Assembly: GCA_016839585.1 (NCBI GenBank) | Contig: JAEOTZ010000066.1 | Location: 1 to 24,006, forward strand | Length of the DNA: 24,006 bases | Source: Promethearchaeota archaeon | Lineage (GTDB): Archaea > Asgardarchaeota > Lokiarchaeia > Sigyniarchaeales > SOKP01 | Reading direction: 5' to 3' | Part shown: piece by piece, positions 9,007 to 17,318 of the stretch | Position numbering within the stretch: the first letter of the stretch is position 1 | Layout: each line of letters opens with the position of its first letter | Made by a program: the position numbers and the translations under genes | Notes under the pieces: model-generated | Told to the model about the DNA's origin: nothing | Databases searched by the model: none | The model's input: only the letters and a program-made list of their open reading frames with translations

Positions 9007-9996
9007 TTAGATAATCTTTAAACGTTGCAATAAACCTGTAATCAAGATAGGTAATGCGATAGTTGCATCACACCATACACTAACGTATCTCGACTCTAGT
9101 GAATACTTTCCCCATGATTTTGATTCAGATACAGTGCAACCAGAAAGACCTCCATCATATTCTGTTGCTGTATGTATCCTAACAGAATAATTATATCCCA
9201 TTGTTTCAATTTGATCAATTTGATCGAGTAAAGGAAAAATTTGTTGAGCCCAATTTCTTGGAACTCCTCCGCCAATAATAAACGTACCATACTCTTTTGA
9301 ATTTTTTATAATATCTGCAAATTTAAGCACATCACCAAAAATATCAAAATTGAATTTATAACCTTCTCTCACTGAATATTTTATTAAATCTAATGCAAAT
9401 TCAGAATCAGAGAAAGCAGGTACAAAGACAGGGATATTATATTTTGCTGCTAGGGAAAGAATACATCTTTTCTCAATTTTTTCTCCAACCTTTTTCAGGA
9501 GATCAGAAGGAGTGATATTAATTTCCTTTTCTTCAAAAATTTCATGTATTATTTTTAATAAAATCTCTTCTGCTTGTTTATAGTTATCTTCAGGAAGAAA
9601 TATATCATAAATTCGATTAATTCGAGCTTTAAATAATTCATTATCATCTACATTAGAACTACCAATATAATGTCCCACATTAGTTACAACATCTACTAAA
9701 TCGTGAATAATATTTGCTCCAGTAGTAATTATAACGTCAATAAGTTTATTTTCAATTAATACACATATTAAATCTCCCATACCAGCAGGAACCATGGCTC
9801 CAGAAAGTGCTAAAGCTGTTAAAATATTATCATCTGAAACCATCTTGTAAAGAATATCAAGAGCTTTTCCTAAGTTTCTTCCTTGAAATCCGCATTTTTT
9901 CAATGAAATTAATAAATCCTCAACTTTTTTTACTTTTCTCACATTAAATGGAGTTATTTTATCAATTAAGTATTCTTCTTTATTCTTTTCATTCAT
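9007..9996 (-). CDS. dys: Deoxyhypusine synthase-like protein, paralog B (non-canonical/SpeY-like signature)
   Basis: Same motifs as paralog A including SWGK; colinear with A over the full length apart from a 4-aa indel. Confidence 0.9.
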   Translation of the reverse strand: MNEKNKEEYLIDKITPFNVRKVKKVEDLLISLKKCGFQGRNLGKALDILYKMVSDDNILTALALSGAMVPAGMGDLICVLIENKLIDVIITTGANIIHDLVDVVTNVGHYIGSSNVDDNELFKARINRIYDIFLPEDNYKQAEEILLKIIHEIFEEKEINITPSDLLKKVGEKIEKRCILSLAAKYNIPVFVPAFSDSEFALDLIKYSVREGYKFNFDIFGDVLKFADIIKNSKEYGTFIIGGGVPRNWAQQIFPLLDQIDQIETMGYNYSVRIHTATEYDGGLSGCTVSESKSWGKYSLESRYVSVWCDATIALPILITGLLQRLKII

Positions 9997-10019
9997 AAAT
10001 AAAGATTAATGGTTGAAAT

Positions 10020-10027
10020 TTTATAAA
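10020..10027 (-). promoter_or_regulatory. TATA box (TTTATAAA) 24-31 nt upstream of the DHS paralog B start
   Basis: Consensus archaeal TATA at leaderless spacing from the ATG at 9996; no SD visible. Confidence 0.45.
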
Positions 10028-10347
10028 TAAATCTAAATTATTTTTATAAAAAATAAATTATAATCATTAAATGGCCAATGATTCTCATTATTAATGAATA
10101 TATAATTTCTATAACAGCACTTCCAAAGAAATAGAAATATCAATTTCATTTTTTATGAATAAACTCAAAAGAGATTTAGAATAGTTTTAATAACAATGAT
10201 CTTATTATAGTTATTTTTAAATTGATAAAACTATTAACTCGTTATTATATAAAAGTTTGTTATATTTTTACAATTTGAATATATTTAAATAATTTAGGAA
10301 TTTATTATTTTATTAACTATTAATGAAAATAAATTTCAAAATGAAAG

Positions 10348-10896
10348 ATGTCACTCGTCCCAAAGAAAGTATTTTTCGTTAAAGGGAAAGGATTTCACAA
10401 AACTAAGTTAGCAGCTTTCGAACAAGCTCTCAGAGATGCTGGAATTGAAAAATATAATTTAGTTAATGTCTCTTCAATACTTCCTCCCTATTGTATTGAG
10501 ATAAATAGTGAGGATGGATTAAAACAACTTCGTCCCGGTCAAATAATATTTACTGTTTTGGCAAGAAGAGATTCCAATGAGTATAATCGCTTAATTTGTG
10601 CTTCTATAGGAGTAGCAAAACCTGCTGATAAAGGACACTATGGGTATTTGAGTGAACATCATTCTTTTGGTATGAAACCTGAAAAAGTTGGAGATATTGC
10701 TGAAGATCTAGCAGCAGAAATGCTAGCAACTACTCTTGGAATTCCGTTTGATCCCAATGCAAATTATGATGAAAAAAGAGAAGTCTTTAAAATGGGAGGA
10801 AAGATTGTTGAGACTAAAAATATTACAGCATATGCAACAGTTAGAGAAGAGGAGGAATGGGCATCTGTATTAGCAGCAGCAATCTTTATTTTATAA
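10348..10896 (+). CDS. pdaD: Pyruvoyl-dependent arginine decarboxylase (makes agmatine)
   Basis: LVPKKVFF..G.G, LAAFEQALRDAGI..YNLVNVSSILPP (Ser-Ser autocleavage site), GYLSEH, AEDLAAEMLATTLG. Confidence 0.95.
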   Translation: MSLVPKKVFFVKGKGFHKTKLAAFEQALRDAGIEKYNLVNVSSILPPYCIEINSEDGLKQLRPGQIIFTVLARRDSNEYNRLICASIGVAKPADKGHYGYLSEHHSFGMKPEKVGDIAEDLAAEMLATTLGIPFDPNANYDEKREVFKMGGKIVETKNITAYATVREEEEWASVLAAAIFIL

Positions 10897-11017
10897 TTTT
10901 GAAATTTATACAACCCAAACTCTTATTTTTTTATCTGCTCTTTACCTTCTTTTACTAATGATTTATGCCCAAAATTACTTGTATATATTAACACAGAATT
11001 AATTAATTGACGTAGAT

Positions 11018-12610
11018 TTAATTAATTTTCTTAAAATAGTCAAAGTTTATATTTTGGAAGCAAGAGTCAATGGATTCAATTTTATCTAAAGTTTCTAAAG
11101 ACAATCTTTTTTTATCATTAAAATCTTTTGCTGCCCAAATTAATTTGTTAAATCTCTGGTGGTGATGGTGAAATCTTTGGTTAGCATATTCTTTTGCTTG
11201 TCTAGTATACAATAGAAACGGCCAATCGCTTCCTTCCATTAATAACAGTTCACGCGCAATTTGTTTAAGAATTCTTTCTTCCCATGAATTTGGATTAAGG
11301 TTATTTTCTAAGACATTTTCAAACTCTTTTATTGAACCATTGATATATGGCCAAATCCAACCATGTTCAGGGTTCTTCCATACTTGAAAATGACCTCCTT
11401 CACCCCAGCTACTCTCACTCATTTTAATAACTGAAAAATTATCCTTATAATTAGAGAGGTAGTCATAAATAGTAATCATTTCAACTTCAACATGTTGATT
11501 TATTAATTCAAATACTCTCTTTAACCACAAAATCCCCTCCATCCACCAATGACCATAAAGCTCAAAATCATAGGGAGAAACAATTATACCCTTTGTCTTA
11601 AAATTATTTGTGAATTTACTTAGTTCTTCTATAATCGATGAAACAAAATGAGGTGCGTGAGATTCAACTGTCTCTTCTGCCTTTTCACTATTATAAAATT
11701 GTTTCTCTTCTTTTCCTAATTCTTTACTAGTAATTCTCCAATAATTTAATCCCGATTCTTGATCTTTTTTATGAAATTCTCTATAAAATTCATTTCCAGG
11801 ATAACCTATTTTTGCATCCCATACTTGGCGACACGATTTTTTGTTTCTCCCAAACACTGATACACCAGTCTCTAAATTATACCCAAAATTTGTATTTAAT
11901 CCTATGTTATTCTTCTGCTCAAGTATCTCAGCATCGAGGATTCCATGAGAATCAACAAAAAAATATTCTATACCAGAATTATTTAACCAATAATCAATAC
12001 TCTCTCGAATTTTACCATAATCTTCCTCCTTAGGTCGATAAGCACATTCAGGAAGCCATATACCTCTTGGTTCTCTTTGAAAATACTTCTTATGAGTATC
12101 TACGGCTACCTGGATCTGAGAAAAAATTCCAGAATCACTTTCAAAAAGTGGTAAAAAACCGTGTGTTGCTCCACATGTAATTAATTCAATCATCCCCTCA
12201 TCTTGGAGCCATCTAAAACCTCCCAAAATATCTCTGTAATAGTTTTGGTAAAAAGTATCTAATATATGCTCAAAATTTTTTAAATAAAATTCAGCAATTC
12301 TCCTTCGTTCAGGATGGTTTTTAAATCTATTAATATCACTTTTTGCTCTTGAGATTAAATTTTCCATGTACTCTGAAAATCGTTGTTGCATGTATTCATC
12401 TGCTAGTTGTTCAGCTAATATTGGCGTAATATTTATAGTAATCGCTGTTTTAATGTTATCCTCTTTCAATTCCCTCAAAATATTTAACATAGGAATATAT
12501 GTTTCATTCATAGCCTCCATGAGCCATTCTTCACCTGCAGGCCAAATTCCGGACTTTTTACACCAAGGAATATGACCATGTAATACCAAACCAAAATATC
12601 CTAAACTCAT
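11018..12610 (-). CDS. GH57 1,4-alpha-glucan branching enzyme (DUF1957-containing)
   Basis: LHGHIPW, GEEWL.EA..ETYIP, THGFLPL, nucleophile motif WLPECAY, YREFH, acid/base motif PYDFELYGHWW.EG, SSWGEGG, ARELLL.EGSDWPF. Confidence 0.92.
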   Translation of the reverse strand: MSLGYFGLVLHGHIPWCKKSGIWPAGEEWLMEAMNETYIPMLNILRELKEDNIKTAITINITPILAEQLADEYMQQRFSEYMENLISRAKSDINRFKNHPERRRIAEFYLKNFEHILDTFYQNYYRDILGGFRWLQDEGMIELITCGATHGFLPLFESDSGIFSQIQVAVDTHKKYFQREPRGIWLPECAYRPKEEDYGKIRESIDYWLNNSGIEYFFVDSHGILDAEILEQKNNIGLNTNFGYNLETGVSVFGRNKKSCRQVWDAKIGYPGNEFYREFHKKDQESGLNYWRITSKELGKEEKQFYNSEKAEETVESHAPHFVSSIIEELSKFTNNFKTKGIIVSPYDFELYGHWWMEGILWLKRVFELINQHVEVEMITIYDYLSNYKDNFSVIKMSESSWGEGGHFQVWKNPEHGWIWPYINGSIKEFENVLENNLNPNSWEERILKQIARELLLMEGSDWPFLLYTRQAKEYANQRFHHHHQRFNKLIWAAKDFNDKKRLSLETLDKIESIDSCFQNINFDYFKKIN

Positions 12611-12699
12611 CTTATTACAGTCTTTTCCAATTAATAAAGCTATATTTATTATTTAATATTATATGATTATAATACATAATTAAAATGTAGGAATGTAGA

Positions 12700-13869
12700 A
12701 TGAGTATAAAAATAAAAGCTATTACTTCTCCACCAAGTAGAGAAGAATTATCAAATCGTTTAGAAAGATTAAGAACGAAGATGATAGAGCAGGATTTAGA
12801 TTACTATGTGTCGTTTGATCCTGTTAACATATATTACTTAACTAACTTTGCTTTCTATGTTCATGAACGACCTTTTATTTTGGTGATTCCTATTGAAGGT
12901 TTGCCAAGAATGTTAATTCCACTGTTAGAAAAAGGACATTTTGAAGAGAGAGTTAGATGTGATGTTGATACTATGACTTATTATGAATTTCCTGCAAGAG
13001 AGGGGGAAAATTGGTTTGACCATTATCAAGAACTCATTGAAAAAGATGCAAAGGTTGGAGTAGAATCAATGATGCCTGTAGGCATTGTTAATAAAACACC
13101 TGGTTATCAATTAGTTACTGATATAATAGAAGAAGTACGCATAATAAAAACTGATTATGAGATAGGGAGGACTGTACATGCTTGTAAGGTTGCTAATAAG
13201 GGACACAGAGTATTACTGAAAAAATGTCGTCCTAAAGTTCTCGAATTTGCTTTGTATAAAGAGGTTACAGATGCCATGACCTCCAAAATAGTGCAAGATA
13301 TACCTAATGCTAATTTTAAAGTTATAGACACTATGGGAATAGTGTGGCCTCCATCAATATCGTATGATCCCCATTCTGTGCCACATATTTTTTCTGAGAT
13401 GGAAGAAGGTGGACCACATGTTTCTATAATTCAAGCACAAGTTGATGGTTATGGAGTAGAGGTTGAAAGGACATTTTTTTTAGGTAATATTCCTGAAAAA
13501 GCAAAAAAGCCATTTGAAGTAATGCTTAATGCTAGGTCATTAGCTTATGATTTATTAAAACCTGGAGTTATAATGAGTGAGATTGATAAAAAAGTACGAA
13601 AATTTATCAATGCCCAAGGTTATGGGGATTTTATACTTCATAGGACTGGACATGGTCTTGGTATTACTGGACATGAAGCCCCTTTCATTGCTGAAGGATA
13701 CGATCGTGAACTTGAACCAAATATGTTAATTAGTATTGAACCCGGAATTTATATACCTAATCTAGGGGGATTTCGCCATTCTGATACAATCTTAATTACT
13801 GAGGATGGATACATGAAATTAACTAAAGCACCAGAGGAACTTGAGGATTTGATAATACCTATTCAATAA
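12700..13869 (+). CDS. M24 (pita-bread fold) Xaa-Pro peptidase/creatinase-family protein with a creatinase-like active site
   Basis: Creatinase_N-type N-terminus (RLERLR..M...DLD....NIYYLTNF), RIIKTDYEI, GYGVEVERT, HRTGHGLG..GHEAP, SIEPGIY, GGFRHSDT. Confidence 0.85.
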   Translation: MSIKIKAITSPPSREELSNRLERLRTKMIEQDLDYYVSFDPVNIYYLTNFAFYVHERPFILVIPIEGLPRMLIPLLEKGHFEERVRCDVDTMTYYEFPAREGENWFDHYQELIEKDAKVGVESMMPVGIVNKTPGYQLVTDIIEEVRIIKTDYEIGRTVHACKVANKGHRVLLKKCRPKVLEFALYKEVTDAMTSKIVQDIPNANFKVIDTMGIVWPPSISYDPHSVPHIFSEMEEGGPHVSIIQAQVDGYGVEVERTFFLGNIPEKAKKPFEVMLNARSLAYDLLKPGVIMSEIDKKVRKFINAQGYGDFILHRTGHGLGITGHEAPFIAEGYDRELEPNMLISIEPGIYIPNLGGFRHSDTILITEDGYMKLTKAPEELEDLIIPIQ

Positions 13870-13884
13870 TATAAATAAAAAGGA

Positions 13885-14391
13885 TTAAACAATTTCTCTT
13901 TTAATTTTATCTAAATCTTTTCTATAAGTTTGTTGAGGAACTTTTCCTTTAATATATCCAAATGGTAATACTGTTAAAAGAAGATCATCTTTTGATATTT
14001 TTAGTAATTCTTTTGCTTTTTCTCTATTTAGATTACCAATCCAGCATGTCCCAACATTTAACGACCATGCCATTAGCATCATACTCATTGAAACTAAGGA
14101 AGTATCTTGTAAACACCATTTAGGACTTACTTTCTTTTTACCAATAATAGCAATAGCTACTGACGATTCTTCAATGAACTTTGCATAACCTGCTAATTTA
14201 GATATTGCTTTCAAAATTTCTTTATTTTTTATGACAATAAACTCCCATGGCTGTCGATTACTAGCTGAAGGTGTCCATCGACCAGCTTCAAGAATCATAT
14301 CGATTTCTTTATCAGAAATTGGTTTTTCTTGAAAATTTCGAATACTCCTTCTACTTATTAGAAATTTCAAAAATATTTCAGGATCTATCAT
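13885..14391 (-). CDS. Nitroreductase-family flavoprotein
   Basis: RRSIRNF, ILEAGRWTPSASNRQPWEF, MMLMAWSLNVGTCWIG, PFGY, C-terminal RK. Confidence 0.93.
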   Translation of the reverse strand: MIDPEIFLKFLISRRSIRNFQEKPISDKEIDMILEAGRWTPSASNRQPWEFIVIKNKEILKAISKLAGYAKFIEESSVAIAIIGKKKVSPKWCLQDTSLVSMSMMLMAWSLNVGTCWIGNLNREKAKELLKISKDDLLLTVLPFGYIKGKVPQQTYRKDLDKIKREIV

Positions 14392-14533
14392 CTTAATTCA
14401 TCTTTTTATCTCATTTTAATGTTTATATTGAATTAAAAATTATTAAATCAAATTTTAGATTATCTGTAATGATAATATTTAATATTAAATAAGTTTCAAA
14501 ATTAATAATTTTTATGAGATATACTGATAATTA

Positions 14534-15937
14534 ATGCCTTTAACAGATTTAAAATCTAAATATTCACGAAAAGAATTAAAATTTGGTCCAAAAAGCGAAG
14601 GAGCTAAATTTGTATCAAAATATTATGATGGTCATCATAAAGAACCCCATGAAGATCTTCTATATGGCTTTTTATGCTTGATATATGATGGCACTACTAA
14701 TATTGATAATTTAAAATCTGAAATGAAGGTTTTTTTTATATCGGCAACAAAACAAGTCATTATTGAAGATAATGATGTAGACGAATATATTCAAAAGGCC
14801 AAACAAAAACAATTAATTGAAATAACTCAGAATCAAACCATTAGACTTACAAAAACTGGTATTAAATTGGTAGAAACAAGTTATCACTGGAACTTACATA
14901 CAACATATTGGATGAGAAAATTGTTCTCTGTGACGTCAGTAATGCTTGCTTCTGCATTTTTTTTAATCATTCTCTCAATTCTAAAAATCTTAACTGGTTT
15001 GCAATTAGGTTCCCAGGGTATGTTGACTGAAGGTTATGAAAATTTAACCGATTTAATAAAAATTGCAATCATTGGATTGGTTGGATTAAAATTTAAAAAA
15101 GATAGGCTTGCGAGTATCCTTATAATCATTATGATGATGTTTACAGGAGCAATATTGGTTTGGACTGGTATTGAGAGTTTGTTTACACAGGAGATTATCA
15201 TCCCAAATGTCCAAGCCTATATGATTGGATTTATATCAATTGCCATGAATGCCGGTTTAATGTATCTTAAAGGGATGGTGGGGAGAACCTCAGGGAATTT
15301 GGCTCTTTTAAGTGATTCTAAAGATTCTGAATTTAACATTAAGCTTTCTCTAGGAGTTCTAATCGGATTAACTTTTGCCATATTTAAAATATATTTTATC
15401 GATGCTCTAGTTGGAATACTAATTGCAGTTTTTGTGTTTAAAGAGGGAATTGAAATTATCTGGGAAATTTCAAAGAAAGAAGAAGATTTTGATATTACAT
15501 CTATAAAAGTTTACGCTGATAATATATATGAAAATCGATTAACTGGATATATTCTAGGTAGTATTAGACGAGAAAACCTCTCTCGAAAAAAACTTATTGA
15601 AAATTTTTCTAAAGGTCTAAGTTTAGGACGTATGTATTATGAAGGATTTGCTGATTTCTTTTATGATGAATTAGGTCCTGAAACTGCTGATAAACATTTG
15701 AATAAATTAATAGAGGGAGGATATATTGAGGTTTTGGATGAACAGCTCATCTTAACAAGAAAAGGATTATACGCTTTTTATCATGCTAAAATAAAAGAAT
15801 TCAAGCAAAGAGCAAATAATATCAATTTAAAAAGTCAAATAGTATTCAAAAGTTTATCCTGTATTATTTTTATAGTTTTTCTAGCACTATTGATAATTTT
15901 TGCACCTCAAATTAATGCTTGGTTAAATAGTCTTTAA
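14534..15937 (+). CDS. Cation-diffusion-facilitator (CDF)-like membrane domain flanked by N- and C-terminal winged-helix-like domains
   Basis: TM core LSILKILTG...GSQGMLTEGYENLTD...SGNLALLSDSKDS...IDALVGILIA resembles CDF TM1-6. Both flanks end in a wHTH wing motif (LIE-x5-6-LT-K/R-x-G). One extra C-terminal TM helix. Confidence 0.7.
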   Translation: MPLTDLKSKYSRKELKFGPKSEGAKFVSKYYDGHHKEPHEDLLYGFLCLIYDGTTNIDNLKSEMKVFFISATKQVIIEDNDVDEYIQKAKQKQLIEITQNQTIRLTKTGIKLVETSYHWNLHTTYWMRKLFSVTSVMLASAFFLIILSILKILTGLQLGSQGMLTEGYENLTDLIKIAIIGLVGLKFKKDRLASILIIIMMMFTGAILVWTGIESLFTQEIIIPNVQAYMIGFISIAMNAGLMYLKGMVGRTSGNLALLSDSKDSEFNIKLSLGVLIGLTFAIFKIYFIDALVGILIAVFVFKEGIEIIWEISKKEEDFDITSIKVYADNIYENRLTGYILGSIRRENLSRKKLIENFSKGLSLGRMYYEGFADFFYDELGPETADKHLNKLIEGGYIEVLDEQLILTRKGLYAFYHAKIKEFKQRANNINLKSQIVFKSLSCIIFIVFLALLIIFAPQINAWLNSL

Positions 15938-15987
15938 AGAAAGAAAGCATATTGTAATTTATAATTGATAGGGAAAGAAGATGAGGC

Positions 15988-17238
15988 TTATTTTTTATTA
16001 AAATAGTCAGACTCTAGGTTTGGGAATATTTTTTTCTTCCTTCCTTCTTTTTTAAAGTTTATCAAGCCTAATTCTTCAAGTTTCCTTATATGATATTGTA
16101 TTGTTTTATGATCAACCTTGAGTTTTTTAGTAATTAAATTATTCCATATTCCTGGATCTTGCTCAATCATTTCTAGTATTTCTAAAGTGAATTTACTTTT
16201 TTGTAACTTTAAATCAATATTAGAAATAGGATTTTTTTGATAATAAGGAAAATAAGCAATAAAGTTACCTACTCTTTTTTTTCCAATTATTTTGTAAGTC
16301 TGAAGAATATCAAGGTGCCACACCAAGTTTCCAGCAGCAAGGCTTGTCTTTCGTAATAATTCATTAAAATGAACTCCAGGCTCGTTTAAAATTAGTTCAA
16401 TAATTTTACTTCGATTTTCGTTTTCTAGAACATCATCTAAGGATAATCTATGAGCCCCTTTCTCAATTGAGATAGTTCTGGTTCTTAAATATTGAAAATA
16501 ATCTCTTTTTGAAATTAAATATGCTATTGATAAAATACTAACAACAGTTATTAATATTGTTGTTATCAACCATGTCCAATCATAAGATTCTACAGTAAAC
16601 TCAAAAAGTGTGACAAAATAATCAATACCTCCTCCAAGACCTAAAAGAGTACCTTCTAAGTATGGTTCCAAAGTTGATTCATTGATCTTCTCTTCTGTGT
16701 CAATTAATTCCCACGAGTCTTGATTTGTTTCATATATCGCCAAAGAGTAATTGATACTAGGTCTTAATCCATATAAACTATTTTTTCGATACATAATAGT
16801 TAAATTTTCAATTGAAGTATTGACCCTTATTCTAAAAATACAATTATATTTGTATCTCAGCTGAAAATTTCCTTTTTTTGGATTTGGGGGGAGATTTGAG
16901 ATACCATAGCTTTTCATGCTTGTTTTTGACGTTATATTTAAAGACATAGACTCATTGTTGCTAAACATAAAATAAGATTGACGATTTTTTATATTGTTAT
17001 CATATTCCATATAGAGATCTATTAGAGAATCTGTTGAAATTTCAAATATAATATTATTTGGAAAATAATAAGAAACATGTTCTCCAGGGTTAACTGTATC
17101 TTCTGTCCAAAAATCGGGAATATCTTCATCTCTAGCTAATACATAATAAAAAAAAAAATTAAACTCAAGAATAAGAATAAATACGAATAAAATTTTTAAC
17201 CGATGCTTTTTCTTAGTAATTCTTCTATTAAAAATCAA
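15988..17238 (-). CDS. Membrane-spanning transcriptional regulator: signal peptide/anchor, beta-rich ectodomain, TM helix, tandem winged helix-turn-helix (COG3398-like)
   Basis: TTG start; basic n-region plus hydrophobic stretch ending VLA; six N-x-S/T sequons; TM WLITTILITVVSILSIAYLI-SKR; LENENRSKIIELILNEPGVHFNELLRKT.L..G.L.WHL..L and ILEMIEQDPGI....ITKKL.VDHKTIQYHIRKLEELGLI. Confidence 0.85.
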   Translation of the reverse strand: MIFNRRITKKKHRLKILFVFILILEFNFFFYYVLARDEDIPDFWTEDTVNPGEHVSYYFPNNIIFEISTDSLIDLYMEYDNNIKNRQSYFMFSNNESMSLNITSKTSMKSYGISNLPPNPKKGNFQLRYKYNCIFRIRVNTSIENLTIMYRKNSLYGLRPSINYSLAIYETNQDSWELIDTEEKINESTLEPYLEGTLLGLGGGIDYFVTLFEFTVESYDWTWLITTILITVVSILSIAYLISKRDYFQYLRTRTISIEKGAHRLSLDDVLENENRSKIIELILNEPGVHFNELLRKTSLAAGNLVWHLDILQTYKIIGKKRVGNFIAYFPYYQKNPISNIDLKLQKSKFTLEILEMIEQDPGIWNNLITKKLKVDHKTIQYHIRKLEELGLINFKKEGRKKKIFPNLESDYFNKK

Positions 17239-17279
17239 ATAAGTTCAATTTTTGGTAATATTTTCTTAATTTAATTAAT

Positions 17280-17310
17280 AAAAATAAAAAAAATTTTTAG
17301 TTTTAAAAAA
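17280..17310 (-). terminator. Oligo-T tracts on the minus strand between the surface-protein gene and the regulator gene
   Basis: A6 at 17305-17310 and an A-rich run at 17280-17293, just downstream of the TAA at 17319. Confidence 0.4.
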
Positions 17311-17318
17311 TTGGTTGC

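Noticed and set aside
7966-9996. One DHS copy being a catalytically dead pseudoenzyme or an assembly duplication
   Set aside because: Both retain the SWGK lysine and NAD-binding motifs, and they are far too divergent to be an assembly artefact.
9997-10347. Inverted repeats in the dys-pdaD spacer (AATCATT-N8-AATGATT at 10062-10083; TTATTTTT-ATA-AAAAATAA) and a possible riboswitch or small ORF
   Set aside because: The region is extremely AT-rich, so such palindromes are expected by chance; no stable structure or credible ORF was found.
11155-11172. HHHH run in the GH57 enzyme as a metal-binding tag
   Set aside because: Lies within a C-terminal helix of the branching-enzyme domain; there is no other support for a special function.
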